NCBI GenBank assembly: GCA_903898645.1
Contig: CAIUGE010000102.1
Coordinates: 1-61,032, forward strand
Length of the DNA: 61,032 nt
Direction of reading: 5' to 3'
Origin: Oligoflexia bacterium
Lineage (GTDB): Bacteria; Bdellovibrionota; UBA1018
Shown: piece after piece, positions 21,579 to 31,319 of the stretch
How positions within the stretch are numbered: position 1 is the first letter of the stretch
Layout of the letters: every line of letters begins with the position of its first letter
Made by a program: the position numbers and the translations under genes
The notes under the pieces: generated by a model
Told to the model about the DNA's origin: nothing
Databases searched by the model: none
What the model saw: only the letters and a program-made list of their open reading frames with translations

Positions 21579-22763
21579 ATGTTGGTTTTTTTTATTACAG
21601 CATGCTTCGCTGCACCCAGCCCTTTGCCAAGTGTCGGCCTGAATAATTTTCAAACGCTCTGCAGCACAGTCCTCAGTGGCCCCTCAAATGCACCAAGCTA
21701 CCAGTACTGTCAAGCTGCACAAAATGCACTCACTGCCTCAAACAACGATTCTGTCTTATGGAAGCTCTGGACAGCCGTTGGCGGTGTCTGTATTCTTGCG
21801 TGCGCCACTTCCTATGCTGGTGTAGATATGTACAATCAGTGGATTTGTGCGGCAACAGGTGTAGCAGCTGGCATCACAGACGGCGTTATGACTCAACAAT
21901 TTATAAATGCCCTCTATGCGGTCTCAGGCGCAGTCTCTGGCGTTATAGTAAATAAATTCATGAGCGGAGCAAAAGAAGCAGGAAAAAAGACTGTCAACAG
22001 AGACCCAGGATCATGCCTTGCAGCGGCCTCTGCCGCCTTTATTGCTTATTCAAAATACACTGATATGAGCTCACAAAATGGGACAGCACTTTCTAATCTA
22101 CAGTCAGTTAATAGCCTCTTGTCACAAGCAGCCCAGACCCAATCAGCATCGACATCCGGATCAACTGGCACGGCCTCAGCTGCAAGTCAAGTGGCAAGCG
22201 GATCAACAACCGGCGCCACAACAAGCTCACAAGCAGTGACAGCAACAGCGACAACAACTCCAAGTAATGGCTGCGGTACAACAAATACATCAAATATAAC
22301 AATTCAATGCGCCCTTGCAGCTGATAGCAATCTTCCCCCTTACGTCGCAAGCATTCCTTTTGCCCAACAGTTTCAAAAAACATCCGGCACCAATCTTGGG
22401 GATTTCATGCGTCAAAGCCAAAATCCAACAACAGCTCTTGCTGCAACACTCGCAGGCTCCCTTCCTGCAGAGCAGATAGCCCGCGTAACAGGCGCCTACC
22501 AAAATATGCAGCAGCAGATGGATTCGGTATACAAAGGTGTCGGCGCCGCGCAAGCGCCAAAAGGTCCCGACATGAACGACATGCTTGCAACTGTGATAGG
22601 ACAATTCACCCATAAAGCAGAGGACAAAATAAAGGGCACAGAAGAAATTCATTTCGGCTCCCCATCAAATGTGAATTTTGAAAAAAAAGCCGATGACCGC
22701 ATAAGCTTGTTTGATCGTATCACGCGTGGCTACCAAACTTTCCATATTGAGGCAACCGAATGA
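21579..22763 (+). CDS. Hypothetical envelope protein (family member 2 of the 20.1-26.0 kb set)
   Basis: 394-aa ORF with leader MLVFFITACFAAPS and Ala/Gly-rich hydrophobic helices (WKLWTAVGGVCILACATSYAG, ALYAVSGAVSGVIV). It has an S/T-rich linker and the C-terminal motif SLFDRITRGY. Confidence 0.55.
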   Translation: MLVFFITACFAAPSPLPSVGLNNFQTLCSTVLSGPSNAPSYQYCQAAQNALTASNNDSVLWKLWTAVGGVCILACATSYAGVDMYNQWICAATGVAAGITDGVMTQQFINALYAVSGAVSGVIVNKFMSGAKEAGKKTVNRDPGSCLAAASAAFIAYSKYTDMSSQNGTALSNLQSVNSLLSQAAQTQSASTSGSTGTASAASQVASGSTTGATTSSQAVTATATTTPSNGCGTTNTSNITIQCALAADSNLPPYVASIPFAQQFQKTSGTNLGDFMRQSQNPTTALAATLAGSLPAEQIARVTGAYQNMQQQMDSVYKGVGAAQAPKGPDMNDMLATVIGQFTHKAEDKIKGTEEIHFGSPSNVNFEKKADDRISLFDRITRGYQTFHIEATE

Positions 22764-24391
22764 TTCTTTTTTTTATCATCACACAAAGCTTTGCAGCTCA
22801 AGTAGGCTCATCTCAAGCAGTCATCAATTGCGACTCATTCTGTAAAGAATTCGGCTCAACCCCAGGACTCCATAATGCGCTTACTGGCCGAAGCGGTTCC
22901 TGGTCATCCACAGACGACACTATCTGCGATGAGCTTGGTGTACCTACAGCCGCCACAAGCCTTAGTCTCGCAACAAGCACAGCTACCGTAGCTGCCGCCC
23001 CTGCACGTTTTGCAGCAAGTACGTTGTTTCATCAGTGTTCCCTTCCCTTTGGCGCGACCAGCTACCAGGCTCTCCAAACACTCGGCTTATCTGACAACGG
23101 AGCCATGTGCAGCAAACTCGGTACCTGGAAGACCCAGTGTCAATATGAAAATTCCCAAGTTGAAGTTGACTGCATTGCTTATAACCAGCTCGTCGGCCAA
23201 GGAACAGGAGCAAAAACTCTGGAGGGCGTCATGCTTGGGCTCGATATTACCACAGCAGCACTCTGTGGCACTGCCTGCACCCTAAGTGAGTTTCCGCTGT
23301 TTGCTGCAACATTTGAAATAATATGTGGCAGTACTGCAATAGCAGCTGGAGCAACGGAACTCGCCGAAGCACTCTCGATGGGCGGCTCACAAATTACTGA
23401 CTACCTCAGTATGGCCGGAGGCGGCGTTGGCCTGGCAGGAGGAATCGCAAGTGTCGCAGGCGGCGCCTCTAAAGCGCACTCCATTAGAAATACACCAGCA
23501 CCAGAACAAGGAGCAGAGGGGGCTGAGGACAAAAACAAAACCTTGAGCAAACAAGCCTGTGGAACAGCACTTGTTTTTGCAGCACTTGCTGGCATTAGAT
23601 CCTACGAAATTTCTATATTTGACCAAACGGCAAAAAATCAGTGCAAAACCATCCAGGACCTCATATCTTCAGGAAGCAGCAGCAGTACAAGCTCGATAAC
23701 CCCAAATCCAGTGGCATCATTTTCAGTATCAAAATCAACCAGTGTCGCAAGCAGTTCCACATCTGGATCTCCAGGAGACACCGTCACAGGGAGCACTACA
23801 ACACCAACAGGTACACAGATGGCGAACTTCCAAAGCTGTCTACGAGGCTCAAGTGACCAATCAGTTGTCTCAGGGTGCGCAGCAATCAACGGCATCCCGT
23901 TAAGCACTATTGCTCAATCCAGCGCAGCCGATGCCCAGCACTTAACACAATCAGGAGTGCTCCCTCAAATGCTTGCTCAGACGCCCAATCTAGGTGCAGT
24001 GACCGACAGTGCCCTCAAAAATGGACCAGCCGCAACCCTTGCTGGAATGAGCGGTACACTTGGCGGTTCTTTAGCAACGAGTCTGAGTGATATTGCACAA
24101 GCCGCCGAAAAAAATGGTGCAAAACTCGCCGCAGCTCTCAAAATGGAATCTACGTATAGCGGCGGAGGTGGCAGGACCCCTGGCAATAGCACCCCTGCTG
24201 CCGCAAATAATCCTTTTGCTCTTTTTCAAACAGGAGGCGCTGCTGGCGGTACTGTTAGTCTAGAATCATTCAGAGGCATTCAAGAACCCAAGGATATTTG
24301 GCATATTGGCACGCAGATGAATATCTTTGAGATCATCTCAAATCGAGTCGAAAAAATCGCCCCTTACGTCACCATTGAGGAAAATCCATGA
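22760..24391 (+). CDS. Hypothetical Cys-rich envelope protein (paralog A)
   Basis: 543-aa ORF linked to the upstream gene by an ATGA overlap. The leader is MILFFIITQSFAAQ. The N-domain is conserved (WKTQCQYENSQVEVDCIAYNQ), and the C-terminal motif is DIWHIGTQMNIFEIISNRV. Confidence 0.6.
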   Translation: MILFFIITQSFAAQVGSSQAVINCDSFCKEFGSTPGLHNALTGRSGSWSSTDDTICDELGVPTAATSLSLATSTATVAAAPARFAASTLFHQCSLPFGATSYQALQTLGLSDNGAMCSKLGTWKTQCQYENSQVEVDCIAYNQLVGQGTGAKTLEGVMLGLDITTAALCGTACTLSEFPLFAATFEIICGSTAIAAGATELAEALSMGGSQITDYLSMAGGGVGLAGGIASVAGGASKAHSIRNTPAPEQGAEGAEDKNKTLSKQACGTALVFAALAGIRSYEISIFDQTAKNQCKTIQDLISSGSSSSTSSITPNPVASFSVSKSTSVASSSTSGSPGDTVTGSTTTPTGTQMANFQSCLRGSSDQSVVSGCAAINGIPLSTIAQSSAADAQHLTQSGVLPQMLAQTPNLGAVTDSALKNGPAATLAGMSGTLGGSLATSLSDIAQAAEKNGAKLAAALKMESTYSGGGGRTPGNSTPAAANNPFALFQTGGAAGGTVSLESFRGIQEPKDIWHIGTQMNIFEIISNRVEKIAPYVTIEENP

Positions 24392-26043
24392 TCTTTCTTA
24401 TCTTTTTTCAAACCATCGTTTTTGCAGCACAGGTTGGTTCATCAAGTGCTGTTATTGATTGCGGTAGTTTCTGCCGGCAGTACGGCACGATCGTAGGCTC
24501 CCATACAGCACTCACAGGGAGGTCTGGGAACTGGTCAGCAACAGACGACAGCATCTGCAGTGAGCTCGGTGTCCCCACAGCTGCAACAAGCCTCAATTTA
24601 CCTGCCAACTCGACAATAGCTCTTCCGACAGCTTTCAGTTCAAGTGCCCTCTTTCAACAATGCTCCCTACCTTTTGGCGCGACCAGCTACAGCGCACTAC
24701 AAGCCATAGGACTGAACAACACCGCAGCACAGTGCGGCCGGCTCGGCGCATGGAAGACCCAATGCCAGTATGAAAATTCCCAAGTTGAAGTTGATTGCAT
24801 TGCTTACAACCAGATGGTCGGTGGCCAGGGTGCTGCAAAAAATACGGACGAAGTCCTTATGGGCCTCGACATTACAACGGCTGCAATCTGCGGCACAGTC
24901 TGCATGACTGAAGCCCTCTCAGGAGGATGGGGTGATGTCGCCTGTGGCATATCTGCAACGACTGCAGGTACCGTAGAACTTGTCAACGCGGTCAAGATGA
25001 CATCAGGCTCAAGCCTGATGGATCAAATCGCCCTAGGTGGTGCAGCCCTTGGCACAACAGCAGGCGGCATAACAAGTCTTTCAGGCGCTGTAAAACTCTT
25101 CCAACCTCAAACCCCTCAGACAAGCGCGCATGCACCAGCCACGCCGGTGGAGACAGATACTGCCCCTTCCAACCACACAGAGCCCCCGAATAAAATAGCG
25201 TCCAAATCCAGTTCTATCAGTAAGCAGGCCTGTGCAGCAGCAGCCATTTTTGCTGCTATGGCAGGCGTCCGAGCTTATGAGATCACCATTATCCAGCAAG
25301 CAGCACAATCACAATGCTCAACGATCCAAAGTCTTGCGTCACCATCAAATGCAGCGAGCATGACACCAAATCCGGCAGCAACGTTCTCGATAACACAAAC
25401 AAGCGTGGCAAGCACTCCAAGCAATGGTAGCGGCAGCAATAGTAGCAGCGGCGCAACTGCTGGGACAACACAGAGCCCAACTGGAACCCAGATCGCAAAT
25501 TTCCAAACATGCCTCAGGGGTTCATCAAATATTTCCGTTATAAGTGGATGCGCAGCTTCAAACAACATTCCGCTCAGCAGTATCCAGCAAGCTGCTGGTG
25601 CAGACGCCCAAGCGCTGAACCAAACTGGCGTACTTCCCCAGATGCTAGCACAGGTCCCAAATCTTGGCTCACTCACAGCAAACGCTATTAAAAATGGCCC
25701 TGCAGCCACATTTGCCGGTATGAGCGGTTCTTTAGGTGAGCCCATGGCATCAGCCTTGGGTGGACTCGCACAAGCAGCTCAGAAAGACGGCTCTTTTCTT
25801 GCCAAGAGTATGCATATGCAATCAACCTATGCAGGTGGCGGTGCCCGAACTGAGGAGAGCACCCCCGATCCTTTCAATCCCCTTGCAATGTTTCAAAAAA
25901 ATGATCAAGCACAAGCAGGTCAATCTGAATTCCAAGCATTTGCAGGCACACAGTATGATATCTGGCACGAAGGCTCCCAACTCAGTATATTTGAGATCGT
26001 GACCAATCATATCAATACGGTTGCACCACAATTTGGAGAGTAG
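24388..26043 (+). CDS. Hypothetical Cys-rich envelope protein (paralog B)
   Basis: 551-aa ORF linked to the upstream gene by an ATGA overlap. It is collinear with paralog A, shares the identical WKTQCQYENSQVEVDCIAYNQ block, and ends with DIWHEGSQLSIFEIVTNHI. Confidence 0.6.
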   Translation: MIFLIFFQTIVFAAQVGSSSAVIDCGSFCRQYGTIVGSHTALTGRSGNWSATDDSICSELGVPTAATSLNLPANSTIALPTAFSSSALFQQCSLPFGATSYSALQAIGLNNTAAQCGRLGAWKTQCQYENSQVEVDCIAYNQMVGGQGAAKNTDEVLMGLDITTAAICGTVCMTEALSGGWGDVACGISATTAGTVELVNAVKMTSGSSLMDQIALGGAALGTTAGGITSLSGAVKLFQPQTPQTSAHAPATPVETDTAPSNHTEPPNKIASKSSSISKQACAAAAIFAAMAGVRAYEITIIQQAAQSQCSTIQSLASPSNAASMTPNPAATFSITQTSVASTPSNGSGSNSSSGATAGTTQSPTGTQIANFQTCLRGSSNISVISGCAASNNIPLSSIQQAAGADAQALNQTGVLPQMLAQVPNLGSLTANAIKNGPAATFAGMSGSLGEPMASALGGLAQAAQKDGSFLAKSMHMQSTYAGGGARTEESTPDPFNPLAMFQKNDQAQAGQSEFQAFAGTQYDIWHEGSQLSIFEIVTNHINTVAPQFGE

Positions 26044-26077
26044 ACAAGAGAAAAAAACTGATTTATCATGCTTCTTT

Positions 26078-26153
26078 GGGGATATAGCTCAGCTGGTAGA
26101 GCGCATCCATGGCATGGATGAGGTCCTCGGTTCGAACCCGTGTATCTCCACCA
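26078..26153 (+). tRNA. tRNA-Ala (anticodon GGC), CCA encoded
   Basis: GGGGAUAUAGCUCAGCUGGUAGAGCGCAUCCAUGGCAUGGAUGAGGUCCUCGGUUCGAACCCGUGUAUCUCCACCA. It has the G3:U70 identity pair and the anticodon loop AUGGCAU. Length is 76 nt. Confidence 0.93.
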
Positions 26154-26228
26154 AAACTAAAAATTCTTATTTTTCTTATCCCTTACAAGTACACTACAAA
26201 GGGGACATAAGCCTCCCAGGGAGTACCG

Positions 26229-26909
26229 ATGCTTGGATTTTATCTCTTCAGTATGCTAGCCAGTGCAGGCGTGACAATACACAATCACACCCCTTTTGTT
26301 ATCTACAAAAAAGAAGCAAAATTGACAAAATCCCACCTTGCTCAGATACTGTCCGATGGTATCTGGTTTGAAAAGAAACTTTGGAATCCAGAACTCTTCA
26401 TTCTTCGAACAAACGGCGAAGAGACAGCTCAAACAAAGACACGCATTCAGCACTTCCTTGAAGAGGGCGAAGAAAATTCACTTGTTGCAATACCAACTCT
26501 TGCCCTGCCTGAATCCGTCATCCTCACCATGCTCCGCCGTCCTGATATCCTGCCCGTCTTACGGCATTCCATGCGCCTCAATGCTCCAGACAAACCAGAC
26601 ACTCCCCATAAACCTTTTGGCGATGATGCATTGCTTCTCTTCCGTATTTATGAAAATGCAGGCACTGAAGCAACAATAAGCCCTGAGGCATCCATGATTG
26701 CTGACCTTGTCCTCACACCTCAAGGCCTAGAACCAGTATTAACACATGCCATTATTGAGGACCTTATTAGCTCCCCTCTTGACCCAGACCGTTATACCGC
26801 AGATACACCTCAGCTGGATGCAGTTACCTCAGAGTTCAAGAGGCGGAAAACCCCTGTTCTTCGCAAGATGTATCTCAAAGGGCTTCTGGCACTAACGCCG
26901 GAAATGTAG
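26229..26909 (+). CDS. Hypothetical protein
   Basis: 226-aa ORF with a hydrophobic leader (MLGFYLFSMLASAG) and no recognisable motif. Its 3-prime end overlaps the convergent gene by 35 nt. Confidence 0.4.
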   Translation: MLGFYLFSMLASAGVTIHNHTPFVIYKKEAKLTKSHLAQILSDGIWFEKKLWNPELFILRTNGEETAQTKTRIQHFLEEGEENSLVAIPTLALPESVILTMLRRPDILPVLRHSMRLNAPDKPDTPHKPFGDDALLLFRIYENAGTEATISPEASMIADLVLTPQGLEPVLTHAIIEDLISSPLDPDRYTADTPQLDAVTSEFKRRKTPVLRKMYLKGLLALTPEM

Positions 26910-28491
26910 GTCCTCTTACTTCAAGTGCCTGACGGGCACTGTGCACATCCGGAGCATTTATGAGTTCATAGGCAAGGATGCACGCCGTCATGACCGCAGG
27001 ATACGAGATATGCGCAGGATGCGATACAAAAACATCACTTGGTACGTCGACTGCACTGAGCACATGATCAAGTAACGCGGGGTAGACATCACCTCGTGAT
27101 GCTACCATAACCGAATTTGGCGCAAGTTTTTTGGCATCATCAAATACCTTAGCATGCACTGACGTACCCCACGCAGTCAGAATAATATTACTGGAAGCGC
27201 CGCGTTCAAACGCTGCAAAAAGGGCGGCAGAAGATGTCTCTCCCTGCTCAGAAAAAGCCTGAATCCACGTTATATCTACAAATGGAATAAGCTTGTGCAA
27301 AATAAAAAGAATACTTGATCCACGCAATGACCCTTCTGGGCCCGTTTGGGACCAGGGATTCAAAAAATCAACGACAAATGGACGAAACTGAGGCGAAATC
27401 GATGTATCAATGACAGCAAGAGTAATTTTTTTGTGTACCTTTTTTGGAGCATAGTACTTGAGTCCATCTAAAACAGACTGTTTGATTTCAAATTGATGAG
27501 ACTCAAAAGCACTCACATCATCTTCCTCAAGATCAACTGGAAGCTCCTGATGAATGTGCGCATTGGATGCAAAATTATGAATATCAGTAACCGTTTCACC
27601 AATGACAAAGGGACCACTAACGGCTGTCGCCTCAACATAATCTTCAGACTGTGAAGCATACAGTACCCGCAAAGAACGCGCATCTGCGAGCGCATAGAGT
27701 AGATCATTTTCATGAAGATCACTTTGCTTTCCTACATAAATCAGGTAACCATGAGGCAAAGTCGTCACAATCCGCCCATAAAAAGGAAGGAAACATGTCG
27801 CAGTATCAATTGCTTCAACAATTTTCTGTGGCAGAATATAAAGCAACGCTTCTTTCATGGCGAATTGGTGACTGAATTTTAGTTCTATATCACTCAATAT
27901 ACTGGAGCCATGCAAATCAAAAAAATACCCATGATGATTTGCTACAAAAGGCTTCACAACATTTCCTTGATGATTTTGAAATGTTATCATTCCTGCTAGT
28001 CGTGCAGTGGTGCGTTTCATCACTGCTTGACATCCACACCCAACACAAACACCTGCAGATGACGATCGAAAGAATTTCCCAAAGTAGCTAAATACCCTTC
28101 CCTGATCAAAAACACGAATTTTCTCTTGAAAATCATCCTCTTGAACACCAGACGGATCATTGTATGGCGTATGGCAAAGAGCCGAAAAACCATACATCCT
28201 TCCATGATTCACAGAAAAAGAACATTCTGTGATAGAGAGAGAAACCTTCGTCCCTTGAGGAACATGAGCCGCACCTTCAACCCTATAGGCACTCGCATGA
28301 ATGACATTTTCTTCCATAACAAGATGAATGTTTTCTTTATGTAACAAACCACTCACAATGACATCCTGCATAGTCTTCTGCATGTTTATAATTGACCCAT
28401 CAACAAGCCTCACAGAAAGCGCTTGCAAAGGATCAAGCTGCAAAACTTTACTAGGCGCACCAAAAGCTGTCAGAATAAAAAGTAAAAACAT
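26875..28491 (-). CDS. Secreted protein with a C-terminal subtilase (S8)-fold domain lacking catalytic His and Ser
   Basis: 538-aa ORF. Its C-terminal half follows the subtilisin block order: LAVIDTSI (Asp block retained), GSLRGSSILFIL in place of GHGTHVAG, GASSNIILTAWG in place of the xNMSLGG block, MVASRGD in place of AAGN, and ISYPAVMTA in place of GTSMAAP. Confidence 0.45.
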   Translation of the reverse strand: MFLLFILTAFGAPSKVLQLDPLQALSVRLVDGSIINMQKTMQDVIVSGLLHKENIHLVMEENVIHASAYRVEGAAHVPQGTKVSLSITECSFSVNHGRMYGFSALCHTPYNDPSGVQEDDFQEKIRVFDQGRVFSYFGKFFRSSSAGVCVGCGCQAVMKRTTARLAGMITFQNHQGNVVKPFVANHHGYFFDLHGSSILSDIELKFSHQFAMKEALLYILPQKIVEAIDTATCFLPFYGRIVTTLPHGYLIYVGKQSDLHENDLLYALADARSLRVLYASQSEDYVEATAVSGPFVIGETVTDIHNFASNAHIHQELPVDLEEDDVSAFESHQFEIKQSVLDGLKYYAPKKVHKKITLAVIDTSISPQFRPFVVDFLNPWSQTGPEGSLRGSSILFILHKLIPFVDITWIQAFSEQGETSSAALFAAFERGASSNIILTAWGTSVHAKVFDDAKKLAPNSVMVASRGDVYPALLDHVLSAVDVPSDVFVSHPAHISYPAVMTACILAYELINAPDVHSARQALEVRGPTFPALVPEAL

Positions 28492-29394
28492 CTATTTATC
28501 ACAGATATGAATAAAGACCCTATCTCCAGGCGCTGGCTTTTTTGTCGAGTAGAGCGAATCAAGGCGTCCAATACTTGATTCCATCTGCACACTGAGGACA
28601 TGGAAAAGAGCAAGCAATTCAAGAATACAACCTTTTTGACATGCAATATCATTGTTTTTTCGATAAATCTCAAACATATCCCCAACACGAATTTCAGCTC
28701 GGTTACCCGCATCAAAGACAACTATGCCCGTCACCTCATCATAGGACTGCAATGACGCTTGCCAAGGAAGCGCCAATGGGATTGCATCAGCTGCAAGAGC
28801 CACCATACCCCGATCCATGATCTTTGTGAGTACATTTCCAAGGACTGTTTTATGGACGAAGTCAGCACCTGTTTGAATCATCCCAAAATTGACATCAAAA
28901 TTGAGCTGAGAACCAAGACTATGACTGCTCGCACGCGAGGCAACGGTTGATACACATGAACCGTTGACGCACTCCCATAATGAGAACGCCATCATAATCT
29001 GCCCAATAGTGATTTTCACACTTCCGGTGAGCGTCGAAAAATTTACCAATTGACTCAATGAGCCGAGAGGCCTCATCGTCAAATGAAGACCCATCTGATC
29101 GTTTGAGAGACTAAAGTCAGTAATAGACGCACGCAATTCAAGATGCTTACCTGCTTCATACTCGACAATAGTATCACTTGGATCAAAGTGAGTTTTTGTA
29201 CTAATTGCAGCAAGCAGCATGTCTCTCACATCAATAGAAATGTCTGCAACGACATTGCCAGGCAGCAGAAGCATCCCTGCTTCAATGGGAGGCACAAAAA
29301 CAATGCGCCTTGGATCAGGTGCATGGAATAGAGGCACGTCAAGCTTTTTTTGCCCAGCAGCAAAAAGTGTTATTGACATAAGGACAAGAATCAT
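28492..29394 (-). CDS. Hypothetical secreted protein (partner of the pseudo-subtilase)
   Basis: 300-aa ORF whose stop TAG abuts the ATG of the downstream gene. The leader is MILVLMSITLFAAGQ. The C-terminal small beta domain carries VVFDAGNRAEIRVGDMFEIY. Confidence 0.45.
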   Translation of the reverse strand: MILVLMSITLFAAGQKKLDVPLFHAPDPRRIVFVPPIEAGMLLLPGNVVADISIDVRDMLLAAISTKTHFDPSDTIVEYEAGKHLELRASITDFSLSNDQMGLHLTMRPLGSLSQLVNFSTLTGSVKITIGQIMMAFSLWECVNGSCVSTVASRASSHSLGSQLNFDVNFGMIQTGADFVHKTVLGNVLTKIMDRGMVALAADAIPLALPWQASLQSYDEVTGIVVFDAGNRAEIRVGDMFEIYRKNNDIACQKGCILELLALFHVLSVQMESSIGRLDSLYSTKKPAPGDRVFIHICDK

Positions 29395-29448
29395 ACAAAC
29401 CTCTTTTTTTTAGTGTATAAAGGATCCATATTTTTTTATACTTAAATA

Positions 29449-30300
29449 GTGAAGTTCCTCCCCTTACTCCTTCTACCTCTTGCCTACTGGATACTCCGCC
29501 CCATGGACCAGACCACACTCGAAAAAAACTTCATCCAGGCGCATCAAAATTATCCGTTTTTTTATCTCCTCACGCCCGTCCCTCACACCTTTCTAGGAAA
29601 AGAACTTTTTTTTGAATTACCGTACCGAAAGGGCCCCCCCTCCTATTTTGTTGACGGCATCCATATCGCTCTTTCTGAAACGATCAGCCTCATTTTTGAA
29701 GGACCAAAAACACCTGAATTCAGGAGTCATGAAACGCCAAAATTTTGGCAATCTTGCTTTGATAAACAATTCCGATCCTTCAGATGCAAGCGCTTTGTAA
29801 CACGCGCAACTGAACGCCACCAAAAAGAGATGCGTGGGCATCCAACAATCACCTTTTTTCAAGAAAACACATTGATTGGATTCCGTATGGAATGGAGAGA
29901 GAGAAAAAAGAAAGAAATTCGCTACACACTCCTTTTGCCACACGGACCAGAACAGTCCGTTATTCTTAAAATCAAGGATGCCTCAATGAGCAGTGCTCAT
30001 AGCGCAGAGCACCTAGTGAGCACCATGATCGCCGAAAGCGCAAGCTTCCAGGACCTCTCTGCCCTACGCGCTTATAGTCGAGAAGTCCTTAGACTACAAC
30101 CAAAATTCCAATCCATGCACAATATGCTCATGAGCGCTATAAGTACAAGTCCCGATGTTTTTGATAGTTACTACCATATAGTACAAATGCTCCATAATAA
30201 AAAAGAACCTCTCTTTCAGAAAAATAGAGAAAATGCACGAAATTATGCCTACGATATCAACCAACAATTAGCGCAGCAGTTTCTTGCAGGTACCAACTAA
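29449..30300 (+). CDS. Hypothetical secreted protein
   Basis: 283-aa ORF with a GTG start and signal-like MKFLPLLLLPLAYW. Its stop overlaps the next start (TAATG). No motif was recognised. Confidence 0.45.
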   Translation: MKFLPLLLLPLAYWILRPMDQTTLEKNFIQAHQNYPFFYLLTPVPHTFLGKELFFELPYRKGPPSYFVDGIHIALSETISLIFEGPKTPEFRSHETPKFWQSCFDKQFRSFRCKRFVTRATERHQKEMRGHPTITFFQENTLIGFRMEWRERKKKEIRYTLLLPHGPEQSVILKIKDASMSSAHSAEHLVSTMIAESASFQDLSALRAYSREVLRLQPKFQSMHNMLMSAISTSPDVFDSYYHIVQMLHNKKEPLFQKNRENARNYAYDINQQLAQQFLAGTN

Positions 30301-31319
30301 TGATTGAATCACTCCTCTTTCTTCTTGTCGGATGCACCAGCGGATCTCTCCCCTCTACATATTCAGCCACAACAAGCCTGACAACAGCAGCAAGCCCAAC
30401 ACCATCGCCATCATCGACCATTATGGCAGTCAAGATCATTTTTCAAAATAATACAAGTTCTGGAAGTTTTCCAACGTCTCCCAACGGTACAGCGCCCGGC
30501 GCAGGCAATGGACTGCAGGCAGAGACACTTTTTGCACCTGATGGCTCAACGGTTATTGCAACAGGTGGCCCAAGCGGCAGCAATTGGCCAAACTGGATTG
30601 CAAGTATTGAGCTTGGCGTCAGTGGATCTGCAAATACAGCTGCCACCAACGCCGACTGTGCACGCTTTGCAGGAAATGGAGAAGCTTCTGCTGCAACATG
30701 TAACTTTGCCGGCGTAAGAGCCGCCTGCGGAGCCCCATCTGGATGGTATCGAGTCAGCGAAGCAGACTGTAACTTGGGTAGTGGAAGCCCTACAGCAGGC
30801 TCTGGGAGCGACAGCGACGGCATCTATGTACGAGTCACATTGAATCGAGGGAGCGCGTACCTGGCACGTAATGAGAACATACTCGCTGTACTGGAATACT
30901 CAGCCACCGCACTTAACCCCGCTTCTCAAAATCCAACAAGCTGCTTTGGCGCGTCAGGACTGAACCCTGAAACATGTGCAGATTTTGTGTGGCGCGCCTA
31001 CCTAAAAACAGCAAGCAGCGCAAGCGTCAGCTCCTTCTTTTTACTTATACCGCCTACTTTTTCATCGGTCCTCTCAGCAAGTGGCACAAGCGCAATCCAA
31101 ACTTCAGGAACAACGCTCGCAACCCGGCAGTTTATCCTACCACTTTCTTCAGATCAATCACTCACCGTACTCCAGATCAGCCGAACAACGTCCCTTCTAG
31201 GGAATGCATCAAATAGCGCCAACCTCACGAGCTACTGTACCCTCAGTGGCGCATTCCCAGCAAACTCTCCTCTTTGTGCAGGTATTATACTTTATGGTCT
31301 TACGCTTTATCGTATTTAG
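30300..31319 (+). CDS. Ser/Thr-rich lipoprotein (hypothetical)
   Basis: 339-aa ORF with lipobox LLVGCTSGS. It has an S/T/A/G-rich body and several Cys residues. Confidence 0.55.
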   Translation: MIESLLFLLVGCTSGSLPSTYSATTSLTTAASPTPSPSSTIMAVKIIFQNNTSSGSFPTSPNGTAPGAGNGLQAETLFAPDGSTVIATGGPSGSNWPNWIASIELGVSGSANTAATNADCARFAGNGEASAATCNFAGVRAACGAPSGWYRVSEADCNLGSGSPTAGSGSDSDGIYVRVTLNRGSAYLARNENILAVLEYSATALNPASQNPTSCFGASGLNPETCADFVWRAYLKTASSASVSSFFLLIPPTFSSVLSASGTSAIQTSGTTLATRQFILPLSSDQSLTVLQISRTTSLLGNASNSANLTSYCTLSGAFPANSPLCAGIILYGLTLYRI